Shown here piece by piece: positions 51,801 to 64,000 of a stretch of 64,000 bases of DNA (position 1 is its first letter; the number at the start of each line of letters is the position of its first letter). Made by a program: the position numbers and the translations under genes. The notes below the pieces were generated by a model. That model was given only the letters and a program-made list of their open reading frames with translations, was not told the DNA's origin and made no database searches. Source of the DNA: Rhizophagus irregularis (taxonomy: Eukaryota); contig NC_089433.1 in the NCBI RefSeq assembly GCF_026210795.1, positions 4,030,001 to 4,094,000 of the forward strand, given 5' to 3'.

Positions 51801-54800
51801 ATATACAATATCGGATGAAGTAATTTTATTCAAAATATGATATTTAATTTATAAATTTTTAAGTTCAAAATATATACACGTTATTTTGTGCAGTTACTAA
51901 TTTCTTTAATAAGTAAATTTAAATGCATCTCAAATTGCTGTTTTACAAATTCAGGAATTTATTACGATATTTAACTATGATCTTATCATCTATATCTATT
52001 GCTTCTAAATATTTAACATTTGATGAAAATATTATCTAATTCTTTCAGAGTTTTATCTCTATTTAAAAATACTGCTACATGTCTTAGATTTAAACAACAT
52101 TTATTGCCTAATTATATTCTTTTGCTTGATCACAACTAGGAAATCTAATTTTAATTTTTAAGATTTCCATTATTATTTTGAACAATATCAATTACAATAT
52201 GAAGTGATATTTTATATAACTCAAGTATTTGAAGATAGTGTTGTGGGCGAAACCTATGAGTTTTGCCAGAGGCGATTCCAAATTTGGCGAAACTATTTTT
52301 GCAAGATTACCAAATTTCCGAAACCTCCAAAATTTCCAAAACATGCCAATAGAAACTTATCGAAATTAACAAAACCTATCAACTTCTTATTGGCTAATTA
52401 TTTAATAAAATCAATTGTACAAAGTTTTACTAGTATAATGACATTAAAAATCTTCTTATCAAAAGAACTTGGCAACATTCAACAAATTCAACTCCCAAAT
52501 GGACATATTCGGGGTCACAACGATAATTTTTCAAAAATTTTATACTTAACAAAAATGATCTGAATTATTCGATTCGTTTATTATATCACGTACGGTATGG
52601 ACTAGGGCCGACTCAGGCAAATTACCAAGCTTTGAAATGATTTTTTAAAAAAAATTTTATTTAACAAATTTTATTTTCATGCATTTTTTAGGTAGGTTAC
52701 TTATCGGTATTAAGTGATAAAGTTCTACCGAAGTCAGAAATAAAAACGTGAAACCTAGTGTCAGTCCGACTGATTGGTTGGCATCGTTCCCAAGCAAATT
52801 GCAGATGATTTTTTAAAAAAGAATTATTAATAATATTTGTTCTCAGACCATTTTTAGGGTTTGGCCTTCTACATTATAATATAATTCATATAGATTTTGA
52901 AAAAGAAATATTTGCTTCTGGATATTGAAATATTGGATAATATATCATATTTGAACTTAAACATTTATAAAACATACATTAATAAAAAGTTTATAAGTTC
53001 CTTTCTTCAATCTTGTATTATTTGGGAAAAAACCTTATTAATACCATTAAGATATTTCCAAAATTTAATATAGTTGAATGAAAGTTTTTGTCACATGAAA
53101 TTCGCTTTGGTAATATATTCATTTTTTAAAAGTTTTATTGAATTATCTAATAAATGTGAAATGAAAAATAATTCTTTTTACAAGCATATTTATAAAGATA
53201 ACTCCATGAAATTGGAATCATACATTCATACAAAGTCAATAAACAATAAATAAAGATTTTTTATATGTCATGTTGTTTTTTAAATTCATATTAGTAGAAT
53301 TTACTCTCAACTCCATTGTTTGGTTTTCTGTCATCAGGAAGAGAAATATCGGCTGACTTTTTTCATTTTCTGTCCAGCTGCTCGTCATATGTTTTTGAAA
53401 CCAGTTCTTCGTGTTTAGGAGCTTGCTGCAACAATAACCAATTTCCAAGAGGACCCATGATTTTTGTAAGCGCTTGTTTTGTGAGTTTCCAATCATCCGG
53501 AAACTGTGTATTTTTGAGAGGGGGACTTAATCTCTTGTAAATTTTCAAAACTGAAATTTTTATGAAATGTGAAATTGCTAATATGTTACAGCCCTTACAA
53601 ACTATTAAATTCTTCATATGTTAAACTAAACTTTCTAAGATATTTTCTAGTTATTTGTTACTACCTTAGGGTTTTTGTATCATTCAACTCTTTAGAGTAT
53701 TTATAATTTTTGTCCAATCATTTATCTCTTTATTAACTTTGTTTATTTCTTCTGATCTGTGTTTATATATTTTATTTGTGAAATGTATTATTTTCATGGA
53801 ATTTTGTAGCCTTGAATCTCATCTCTCTAATATGATGTAAAGCCATCTCTGCTGATTTTGATTCTACCAGAAGTTAGTTTTTAATGTAAATAAAACTTAA
53901 CATGGCCTGAGAAGGACTTAATTCATGTTTATGTTTAGAGGATCAATGAGATAATTAATTTATTTATTGTTTTAATTTTTAAGGGAATAGCCCTCATATT
54001 TATAAATTTTGATGTTACACTAATTCCTATTGTATTACCATATCACATGGCTTACTATTGGGGCTTCTAACTTGTAACTATAAATGTAAATACAACTCAA
54101 TTAAATACATAGTAATATATAAAACCCTAACTAATTATTATTAATAATTATATCCTAATATGCTACTTTCCAATGCTACAACAGATATCCATGAGTGCAT
54201 CATTTTCACTGAATTTTTACATAAGCAGAAATAATGAGATAATTACTGTAGATAAAATTTTTTATAGGACTTCTGTAAGTACTTAATATATCAAGTTTTC
54301 TTAATTTGGTTGAAAGGTTTTCAACTTGTTTCTTTAATACCTTTATTTTTCCACCTTTTTTTTTAATTCCACTTTAAGCTGCTTTATCTCTCTATCTTTT
54401 CTTTTAATTCCACTTTAAGCTGGTCTATCATTGATTTTGCATAATCGAACAATATGAAGAGCTTGCCTTAATCAGAGTGTTTTTTGTTGTAATTTTATTG
54501 CTTGAAGAATCTAAAAAAACATGAGTAAAATAATAGAACCGGTTAAATTTTAATATTTTCTGCAGAACCAATTGTTAGTGAATTTATGTAACATACTTTT
54601 GGTAGATAATTCTTTTGTAATTACCAATTCTATTGATAAAAATATTTTAAAGCAAATGTATGGGAATTTTTTATGATTTTTTTTTATTTTACCAAATTTT
54701 CGCTTAGGCATCTTTATTACTATTTTATAGAAATTGGATATTAACGTGAAATAAAAAGTTTGTAAAAAAAAAAATATTAATAAAATAAAATAAAAAATAA

Positions 54801-55259
54801 AAAATTGTCAGCCAAAAATGATTAAAATTTTCTTCTAAAAAAAGGCTTGCATCATTCAATTATCTCCTTAATTGTTAATATTTCCTAATATAGGGATCAA
54901 AGATTTTTTATTAATCTATTTATGTGTTCTGATGCAATTGCAATATGAATTAATAAAGTTAGTTCAATTATATAACAATTAACAGTATTGATCCGTTTAT
55001 ACATAAAAATTTATTGACGTAATATTAATATAATCTAATAAAGTTAGTTTTTTATTTAATACTGCTTTTTTCACATTTATTTATATAATCGGCTTTCTTT
55101 TTATTTTTAAATAATTATAATTAATAATAATTGTAATACAAGTTTAAAAAAGCCTATAATAGTCTATTTGATATAATAAAGTATCACAATTCACAAAACT
55201 GTTGATTGTATGTAATTTATTTCATAATAATAGTAATTAATTTTAGATTTTTACTTCAA

Positions 55260-55377
55260 ATCACCGGGGGTGATCATCACCGTTGGCCAGAATTATCAAT
55301 TTTTACCGGCACTATATTTTTTTAATGCTGGTCGATTATCATAATTTCAGTCACCGGTGATCACCACCCCCGGTGAT
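55260..55377. repeat. 118-bp element bounded by GC-rich ~23-bp inverted repeats
   Basis: atcaccgggggtgatcatcaccg ... cggtgatcaccacccccggtgat. Confidence 0.75.
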
Positions 55378-55432
55378 AGTTAGAAAAATTCTTAATTTTA
55401 TATTATTGTTTAATTATAATATATTTTTACAG

Positions 55433-55591
55433 ATGAAGATGATGTATATAATAATCCAAATTTTCATTCAGAAGAACAAGATACATTTGAACTTCCTGAT
55501 GGTAAGAATTTTTTTTTTTTGTAGATATTAAATTTTTTAAATAGTTCTTAAATTACTAAATTATTTTTGTGCTTTTTTCCTAGATATTTAA
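55433..55591 (+). pseudogene. Orphan last two exons (55433-55501, 55584-55591) of a kinase-type gene
   Basis: tacag|..EDDVYNNPNFHSEEQDTFELPD|gtaag..tag|DI*; resembles (from recall) acidic tails of Glomeromycotina TKL kinases; no upstream exons seen. Confidence 0.55.
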
Positions 55592-55861
55592 ATATAGCGG
55601 ATGACGAGATGAATTTATAAATATTAAATATTATACTATTATTATACTTATTATTTATTATTATTATTTTAAAGTTTTATATTAAATATTATTTAAACAC
55701 TAAGACAAGAGTACGTAAGATTAGTCATCTTTCAAAATTCTTAGTTTGTAATTTAAATCATATTAATAAATTATTATATAAAATTATTTCATGAACATAC
55801 TGTCCGTATATTTAACGAGTGTAATTTGATAAAATTAATCAAATTGTTGATTTTTTGAAAT

Positions 55862-56075
55862 TAGTGTTTCGATCCGGATAAAACCTCAAATATTTTAACG
55901 TGGGATTATGATTAAAAAAGGTTACAAATTTCGGCTTTGAGTGGACTATAATTTCGGCCAGAATTAAAATAATATTATTCCATAAATTTTTATTAATTTT
56001 GGTGGTCCCAGCCCAAATTAACCGAGTCGGTATCCGGATAAAAACCGGATAAAACCGCTACGGATCGAAACTCTA
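55862..56075. mobile_element. 214-bp hAT-type MITE with 8-bp TSD
   Basis: TTTGAAAT-tagtgtttcgatccg ... cggatcgaaactcta-TTTGAAAT. Confidence 0.9.
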
Positions 56076-57736
56076 TTTGAAATAATGAGTCAAATGACTT
56101 GCAATACTTTTTCGTTCGAATCTGTCGCAATTTTCATCTTTCAATATGCATTATTTGTTAAATCCAAACCTATATTTTATTTTCTTAGGATAATGGCATA
56201 ATTTTGCTACAAAAAAAAAAAACTTTGAAAAATTTGCTGATTTCATTATAATGCAACTGTATTCAGTTTCAATTTTATCCGCGCTTTTATTGAGTTACCA
56301 CATTTGCCATTTTGTCGCTTAATTTGATCAGTTAAATAGTTAAACCTTCATCTTTCCCTTATTCCGTTATTCGGACGAAAAGTCCTTTTTTAGGCAAAAC
56401 TAATGAGTGAGGTAGAAAGCAAATAAAGACTCGCTATAATTATTATTATTATGATTTTACAAATTTTGATTTTTATTTTAAAAAGAGTGATAAAAAAAAT
56501 TTTTTATTTTTAAATTTTGTTCAAATCGTTTAAATTAGAAATTATGTAATATCATTAGAAAATTTTTAAAATATGAGTAATCTTGATTTTACTCGTGCTA
56601 TATGATATATCTGTTATCATATAATAACTGACGTCAGATATCGTGTCAGAAAATCCTGACAGTCAAATCTCGAAGTTTTTTTTTTAAAAAAAAAGAATAA
56701 TTTTTTAAATTAAGCGTATTAAAATGATGTATTATATTCGGCCATTTGAATCGCTAATAAAATTACTATCATAAAATATACAAAATATTTAAATTAACAC
56801 AAAAATGTATTTTTAAAACAATATGTAGTTTGCGAACTTGTTATAATGATAATATAAGTATTTTAATTCTCTCAAAAAATTCGAGAGAATAAAATAATAT
56901 ACATCAGACAGATGGTGAATCTTTTAAGAAGAAACTATTATAATTCTTTAGGAATTCTTGAACTTTGTAATCGCAACTACTTAAATTATTTGCAATTTCA
57001 AATTTATTAATTTAACAGAATTGAAAGTTTGCATTCATAGTTTTAATTATACGATGATGATGATGCTAATGATAATAATTTAAGAGGTGATATTTTCCTT
57101 TATATATTTTAGAGAAAAGGATTTAATATTTATTTCTAAATAAATAGAAACCACAATGTAAAATTCAAGTGGCAACAAATAATACAAAATATACAAGTGA
57201 TACAACATTGTTATTATGAAATACATCTCCATAATTTCCATAATCATCGTCAATCGAATTATATATATCTTCACAATTAAAATAACATTTTCAAATATTG
57301 AAATTTTACCGGTGTGGTTAGGGTCGACATCTTTGAAAATTTAATGAAAATCTTGTTCATAACGCAAAAAAATTTATCATTCATGTCACATGATATTTTA
57401 ACCAAAATAATTTTGTATTTATTGGTTATAAAATCGTCATCCCCTTTGAATTAATTTTTATTTAATTTAGAACTAGAAAGTTTTTTTAATTTATGGAAAG
57501 AAATGAAAACTTTGGAATTTTTTTCAAAAAATACTAACACTTATATTAAATCAAAATATATACTAATAAATCTCCAATATGTTGTTAATAACGTCAACAT
57601 TATAGATAATAAAAAAATTTGATTTTTATCAAGAGAGTTGTATATATCTCTGTAAATAATTATAAACATAATGTTTTTTTTTCAATTTTCTTGATGGCGT
57701 CAAAATTACTGCGTACTGCGATACCAAAGTGATCAA

Positions 57737-57832
57737 TTTAACCGGTTAAAAATTGTTTTTTAACCGGTTAACAAATGTTTTTACCGGTTAACCGTTTTAA
57801 CCAGTTAATTAACCGGTTAAGCTCAACCTCTA
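57737..57832. mobile_element. hAT-like end with AACCGGTT palindrome cluster
   Basis: Several ttaaccggttaa-like units ending in caacctcta. Confidence 0.5.
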
Positions 57833-58166
57833 TAATTATAAATTAATAATAATAAAAAAATAAAATAGGTAGAGAAGTTAGTTGCAATAAACTATATAAG
57901 TGATTCGTTAAAAAAATATCGAATGAGCACAATATACACTTTTAGAAATGATCAGTGCAAATCACGTGAACGTTACCTTATTTCTGCGGTGATACTGGGA
58001 AAGTTTGCTGCATGCTGAAGATCAGTAAAATTTCGACATAGAAATGTCCGGTGTCACTATTTTTATTATAAATAGTTTTACAATATATATATATATATAT
58101 TTTTTCAATTTAAAAACGTAAAATTAAATTCTGCTGCAAAATTTAAAAATTTTTGTATATCCAACA

Positions 58167-60593
58167 ATGTCTAATAACGCTAAACTTACTAAAAATTCAA
58201 ATGAGTATAATATGATTGAAGATGCAATTTCTAAAAAACTTATTAAATATTATGAATTTGAACAATTCAGCGATCTGCAAGAAATTGGTTTCGGAGGTTT
58301 TGGAAAAGTTTATCGTACAAGTTGGAAGAATTATTACAAACAATGTGCACTAAAATCATTTTTTAATTTCAACGACTCTACAGTTAAAGAAATTGTCCGT
58401 GAGGTAATTTTAATATCGAACATATTTCAATTTATATATGTACATTTCTATTATTAACAAACTTCTATTCATTACTTAGATTCAACTTCAGCGCGAAGTT
58501 GATTTTCATAATAACATTATCCGTTTTTATGGTGTCACAGCTTCCAGTAAAGGTATCAAAAGTTCTAGTAATAATATTTTTTTTTTTTATATTAAACTGT
58601 AATTAATTAACTAATTTGTAAAATTTTTTCTTTTTTAAAAGAAAACCAAAGAAAAAAGTATATGCTAGTAATGGAATATGCCGACAATGGTACTCTCCGA
58701 AAATATTTGAATGAAAATCTTGAAAATATGTCTTGGAATGACAAATATAATCTTGCATTCCAACTTGTTTGTGCAGTATCATGTTTACATGGCGAAGGGA
58801 TCGTGCATTGTGATTTGGTAATTAATTTACATCTTATTATGATTGCGTAGTGTATTTTAACAATTAGTTTGTCTTAATTTAATTATTTTAATTTAATGTA
58901 ATTGAATAGCACTCCAATAATATCTTAGTACATCAGAATACTGTCAAGCTAGCAGATTTTGGCCTATCAAAAAGAATTGAAGAAACATCCAACCCTCAAT
59001 CAAAAACATTTGGATTAATTCCATATGCTGATCCAAAAAGTTTTAATAGAAGTACAGAATTATATGTATTAAGTAAAAAAAGTGATGTTTATAGCATTGG
59101 CGTATTGCTATGGGAAATATCCAGTTGCCAGCCTCCCTTTCATGGTAAACAATATGATGTTGGTTTAGCTTTAGATATTTTACAAGGCCTTAGAGAAAAA
59201 CCCACTCATGATACACCTGAAGAATATATTAAAATTTATATTGGTATGTATAAAATTATATTTATATGATCTAAATCATATAATTTTAATTAATTGAAGA
59301 TGATTTTCTGTAGATTGTTGGAATATTGAACCTGATAATCGTCCAACTATTGATCAAGTAGTTGAAGAACTAAAAGTACTCATAACGAAAGAAAACATAA
59401 TTATCAAAGATTTTCACTTATATAATAATACCAATAATTCTCTGTCATCAAATAACCATCAACTTTCTGATTCAACTGTTAAAATTTCTGAGAGTACTAG
59501 TTCAATACACGTAGATTTACCTCAAGTTATTCAAAATTTTGATATGATAAATATAAAAGAACTAGAACCAACATTATCATCAATTAGCCAATTTAAGGAT
59601 AACTTTGATATATTGGTTAATATTATGTTCAATTTTTTTAATGATACTGATGAAATAGGGAAGCAAAAGATCTTAAGTTATCTTAATGAACAAAATATAA
59701 CTTTGCTAGAGATTAATAATTTATTATTAGATAATCAAAATAACTCGCATTCTATTTACTTACTTGGAAAATTTAATCATTTAGGAATTGGAATCAGCAT
59801 TGATAATCAAAAAGCATTCGAGTTATATCAAGAAGCAGCAGATTTAGGAAATTCATCTGGAATAAATGATTTAGGATATTATTATTTAAATTTAAATGGA
59901 ATTGAAACTGATAATAATAAGAAAATGGCATTTGAGTTATATCAAAAGGCAGCAGAATTAGGAAATTCATCTGGAATAAATAGTTTAGGATATTGTTATC
60001 GAAATGGAATTGGAACTAATATTAATAATAAAAAAGCATTTGAATTATATCAAAAGGCTGCAGATTTAGGAAATTCGTCTGGAATTAGTAATTTAGGAGT
60101 ATGTTATGAAAATGGAATTGAAATTAATATTGATTATCAAAAAGCATTTAAATTATATCAAAAGGCAGCAGATTTAGGAAATGCATCTGGAATAAATAAT
60201 TTAGGATATTGCTATGAAAATGGAGTTGGTACTATTGTTGATAATAAAAAAGCATTTGAATTATATCAAAAGGCAACAGATTTAGGAAATTCATTTGGAA
60301 TATGTAATTTAGGACAATGCTATGAAAATGGAATTGGAACTGATATTGATAATAAAAAAGCATTTAAATTATATCAAAAAGCAGCAGATTTAGGAAATGA
60401 ATATGGAATAAATAATTTAGGATATTGTTATGAAAAAGGAATTGGTACTGATATTGATTGTCAAAAAGCATATGAATTATATCAAATGGGAGCAGATATA
60501 GGAAATTCATTTGGAATTCATGATTTAAAACTATGTTATAAAAATGGAAATGATGTTTATTATCAAAAGCCATTTAAATGGCAGCAGATTTAG
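58167..60593 (+). CDS. TKL-like kinase fused to Sel1-like repeats; exons 58167-58403, 58480-58552, 58642-58817, 58910-59243, 59314-60593
   Basis: GFGGFGKV, ALK, VMEYADNGTL, HCDLHSNN, DFG, DVYSIG, CW..RP; seven full ~36-aa Sel1 repeats plus a degenerate eighth. Confidence 0.9.
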
Positions 60594-60728
60594 GAAATGC
60601 ATTTGGAATAAATAATCTAGGATATTGTTATAAAAATGGATTTGGTACTAATATTGATAATAAAAAAGCATTTGAATTATATTAAAAAGCAGCAGAATTA
60701 AGAAATTCAACTGGAATAAATAATTTAG

Positions 60729-61400
60729 CCCCGTAAAAAAATTTTCCCATTTTTAGTTCTATTTATTAATACAAATGGAGTAAAAACGGGAGTTTCCATA
60801 TTTTTTCTGTATTATCAGAATTAATATGGAAATATTACTTAAACAAAATGATATATATGTTTAAATCGTTCAATCAATAAACTGATAACAAACTGATAAA
60901 TAATTGAGAATTCATCAATTAATAAAACAAAATGGATAAGTTTCAGATAAGTCACTAAAAGATTACTGAATTGTTTAAATAATAAAATGGATAAAATACT
61001 GAAAATTTAACATGATAAAATGAATAAAGCAATTAAAATTTATTGAATATTTAAATGAATAAAATTCGGATAAAATTCTGAAAATTTACTAAATAATTAA
61101 ACACTAACTTTAGTATACAATTACTGATAAATTTTAATTAAGCAACAGTTACACTATATAACTCCAACTCTACTGTTTAGATTTCTTGCTGGATCTTGTT
61201 CCATGTGAAGTTTCTATTGGTTTATATTGGAAGGTTTCTTTTATTCCCTTTTATCTTTCCTTTTTTTACCTGTAAATTAACCAAATAATGTATTATAATA
61301 AAATTTATTGAAAAAACAATATATTTTGCCAAAATACCAGGAGTTTCTATAGCAATTTCAGTTGCAGCTGGAGTATTGACTTCAGAAGTAGTAAATGATA
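60729..61400. mobile_element. CACTA/CMC-like element end (CCCCGTAAAAAA) truncating the Sel1 array
   Basis: Sel1 DNA stops mid-repeat at aataatttag|ccccgtaaaaaa; actgataa/actgaaaatt repeats follow. Right boundary approximate. Confidence 0.5.
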
Positions 61401-61421
61401 AATTACTATATATTTTGTAAC

Positions 61422-61530
61422 TAGGGATGGCAACGGTCAGTCACGGTTGGTTATTGGTCGGTCATAACCGGTTATGGGTCTTTGACCGACCGACCATTTT
61501 TGCTATTAAAATTGCCGAAATGCCAAAATT
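61422..61530. mobile_element. hAT-like left end
   Basis: tagggatggcaacgg followed by cggt/accg motifs. Confidence 0.6.
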
Positions 61531-61619
61531 ATAACTAATTTTATCCAATATTTCAGCATAATTTAGATAATAGTTTAATATAGATTCGGCATAGTTTCAC
61601 AATTTTAATTATAATCAAT

Positions 61620-62330
61620 TATTATGGGAAAATCCTTTTTCAATTATTTCTTGTAAAAATTTTTATTCCATTGAATATATATAAAATTTGTTTTATTGAA
61701 ACCTATTGGTTGATTTAAATGATGATGATAAAATAAAATTAAATGAATACGGAATTAATCTTCTTTCGAATATATTGTTTAATTATCCCAGTTTTATAAA
61801 ACATTTATTCTATTGAAAAATGAGTTGCATCTATTAAAAAAAATGAAAAGCCTTCATTCACTTTTATTTATAATAAACAAAATTTAGATTTATAAATTTA
61901 TTTATAAGTCATTAATTAAGATATTCACTTAAAATGATGCAATTTTACATACTTTTGATGTTACTCGTCATCGTAATTATTTGATATTATTGATTTAGTT
62001 TTACATCGTTCAAATTTCATTAATAATATCAGACAATTTAATATTGAACTTTGCTCATATGATGAAACAATTAGTAATATAACCCTTTTATTAAAATTTT
62101 TAAATTCTAATTGTAATTCGATTTCATTCCTTGGAAGAAAATATGGACTGAAAATTCATAAAAAATACTGTACTTGCATCAAGTAGAAGTATAAATAATG
62201 TTCAATAAAAGCTAAAAAATTGTACTTTGAAGGTGAAATTAATATATTATATACTGCATGTATATTTCTGGAAAATAGTTTTGTCAAATCGGTAACAGAT
62301 TTTTTTTTTAACGAACTGCAGCTTGTCATG
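61620..62330 (+). pseudogene. Decayed F-box/LRR-type gene relic
   Basis: LWENPFS, LNDDDKIKLNEYGI, LFNYPSFIKHL, LKFLNSNCNSIS; recalled as typical of Glomeromycotina F-box families; broken frames. Confidence 0.6.
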
Positions 62331-62499
62331 TGATTTGGCGGAGCTGTGAAACGTTTTCATGATTTTTCTTTATTATTTAATAAATATTTTCTGACCAAAT
62401 ATATCATGGAATTAGAAAAATTCAAAAGCGAGACGAGTAATAGGAGAAAGACAAATTATAAAAACTATACATTATTGCGTTATTAAAGTTTTTATATTA

Positions 62500-63280
62500 A
62501 ACAATATTAGAAAAGAAATTACAAGTCACTTTTATCCACGATGAATTTGAAGACATATCAGAATTTAACGTCAAGATTGAAGGAATGAAGATAGACATCG
62601 GGATTATCTGGAATAAAATGTTTGTTGATGAATTTAATTTATGTTGGAATAATTTTATAATTGAAGTTGCTATAGAAAATGGGCCAAAGAGCTTAGTTAT
62701 CTTAACAAAAAAAGCAGAAATTATGTTATTAAAACAATTAGAACAATTATTCACTATTAACATAAGTTTTAATATTAATTGACTGATTTGTTCATGATTA
62801 TACGTAACAAAATTAGTGTATCAAAATCAACAACTAATGCATTGGATACTCAAACTAGAGCTTTTAGAATCAAAAATTTTATTACCAACTTATGAAGTTT
62901 TATATCAAAGAAAAGTTTATGAAACTTCTTCAGAAAAATGTGTAAGATGTAATGAAGAAACAGAAGCATGGGATCATATACGGAAGTGCATGAAAAACAA
63001 GTTCATTTTATTTGATTTATGGAAAGATGTAGTTAACGCATTAATAGAAGAAAAGGACAAATGAAAGAAATACTACGATTTGGTTGTGTCAAATCAAGAC
63101 TATTCCTATTAGAAAATTTATTATATGAATAATGCATGGAATTATTAATTTTAAGATTTGGAAATATAACCATTTTAAGGTAGAGTATACGTGGGCATTA
63201 AAAACTTGATATATATATAACACTTATTTATACCAAAATATGGAAACCGAGATATGATGAAGCAGTAAATTTACAAGGTA
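62500..63280 (+). mobile_element. LINE ORF2 C-terminal relic (CCHC zinc knuckle)
   Basis: LPTYEVLYQRK...CVRCNEETEAWDHIRKC and downstream IWKPR; cut by a tagtgatgg hAT-like end at 63292. Confidence 0.75.
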
Positions 63281-64000
63281 TCAGTAAATTGTAGTGATGG
63301 TGCCGCAATTGATTGATATTGCAGATGTTGGAGTTGAATTGCGGTTAGTGATCCGAAATCCGCAATTTACTTGATTTTTTGAAGTAATTCTATCTAATTA
63401 AAAAATTTTGCGTCCGACCTTCCTGACTACGATAACCTTTAAACTACTAATACATTTCCAGTTAATTGAAATTTTAACTGGATTTTTTTTTTATTCTGAT
63501 GAATTAATACTAACTATAATTTTTTCTTATTAATTGCATTTTATTTGCAGTCATTTCCGCTCTCTTAATTACCACGACTAATCATTTCTATAATAATATT
63601 TTTTTTATATTTTTCGGTTTTTACCGTAAAGACCAAAACTACCTTTTTAGTCTTTTTTTTTATTAATAATTTTTATCCCTGATAAAAATTTGGATAAATC
63701 TGGAATAAACATCAGATTTATCCATTAAGTAGCAACGTTTCTAATGATTAATCTATTCGTCAGTTCGAGGAGTGAAATTCCAAAATGGTTTGTTTAAGCA
63801 TTATTATATCAAATGGATACAATATATAGAGCAAATCACATTAGTATTAGACTACTATCAAAAGGCAAAAATCTTTTTATTATTGTCAACTGCGCAGTAT
63901 CATTGCGGCGGATTTATGAAATTTGGCAAAAACCCTGCTGCGCCTTCGGGAATTAAAATTGACTTACAGAAACATTAAGCTTTTTCCTAGAAAATGTCAA

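Noticed and set aside
52850..54100. Possible Ty3/gypsy pol relic on minus strand (SFSGHVKFY-like)
   Set aside because: One weak motif; no RT or integrase core recognisable.

Overview
AT-rich eukaryotic DNA with short GT-AG introns. The gene families (BTB-BACK-TLDc proteins, TKL-like kinases, kinase-Sel1 fusion, F-box relic) point to an arbuscular mycorrhizal fungus (Glomeromycotina, Rhizophagus-like); this is an inference, not a database match. The window is dominated by a tandem array of BTB/POZ-BACK-TLDc genes: one partial copy at the left edge, five intact, four disrupted, plus three relics. The copies share a near-invariant scaffold and differ mainly in short loops of the C-terminal TLDc domain. 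Also present are two intact GPR1/FUN34/YaaH (ATO/SatP) transporter paralogues, a Cys-rich kinase, a non-RD kinase-Sel1 gene and many transposon pieces (Tc1, hAT-, CACTA-, Helitron-like, LINE). Most notable: (1) CDR-like diversification and mosaicism of the BTB-TLDc array; (2) a GC-AG intron in both ATO genes holding a 23-bp-arm hairpin whose loop is inverted between paralogues; (3) a MITE in a BTB exon whose TIRs offer GT/AG sites that would splice it out in frame; (4) a tandem covarying RNA hairpin and a possible bistable structure in retroelement-like tails. All gene models and alignments were made by eye.
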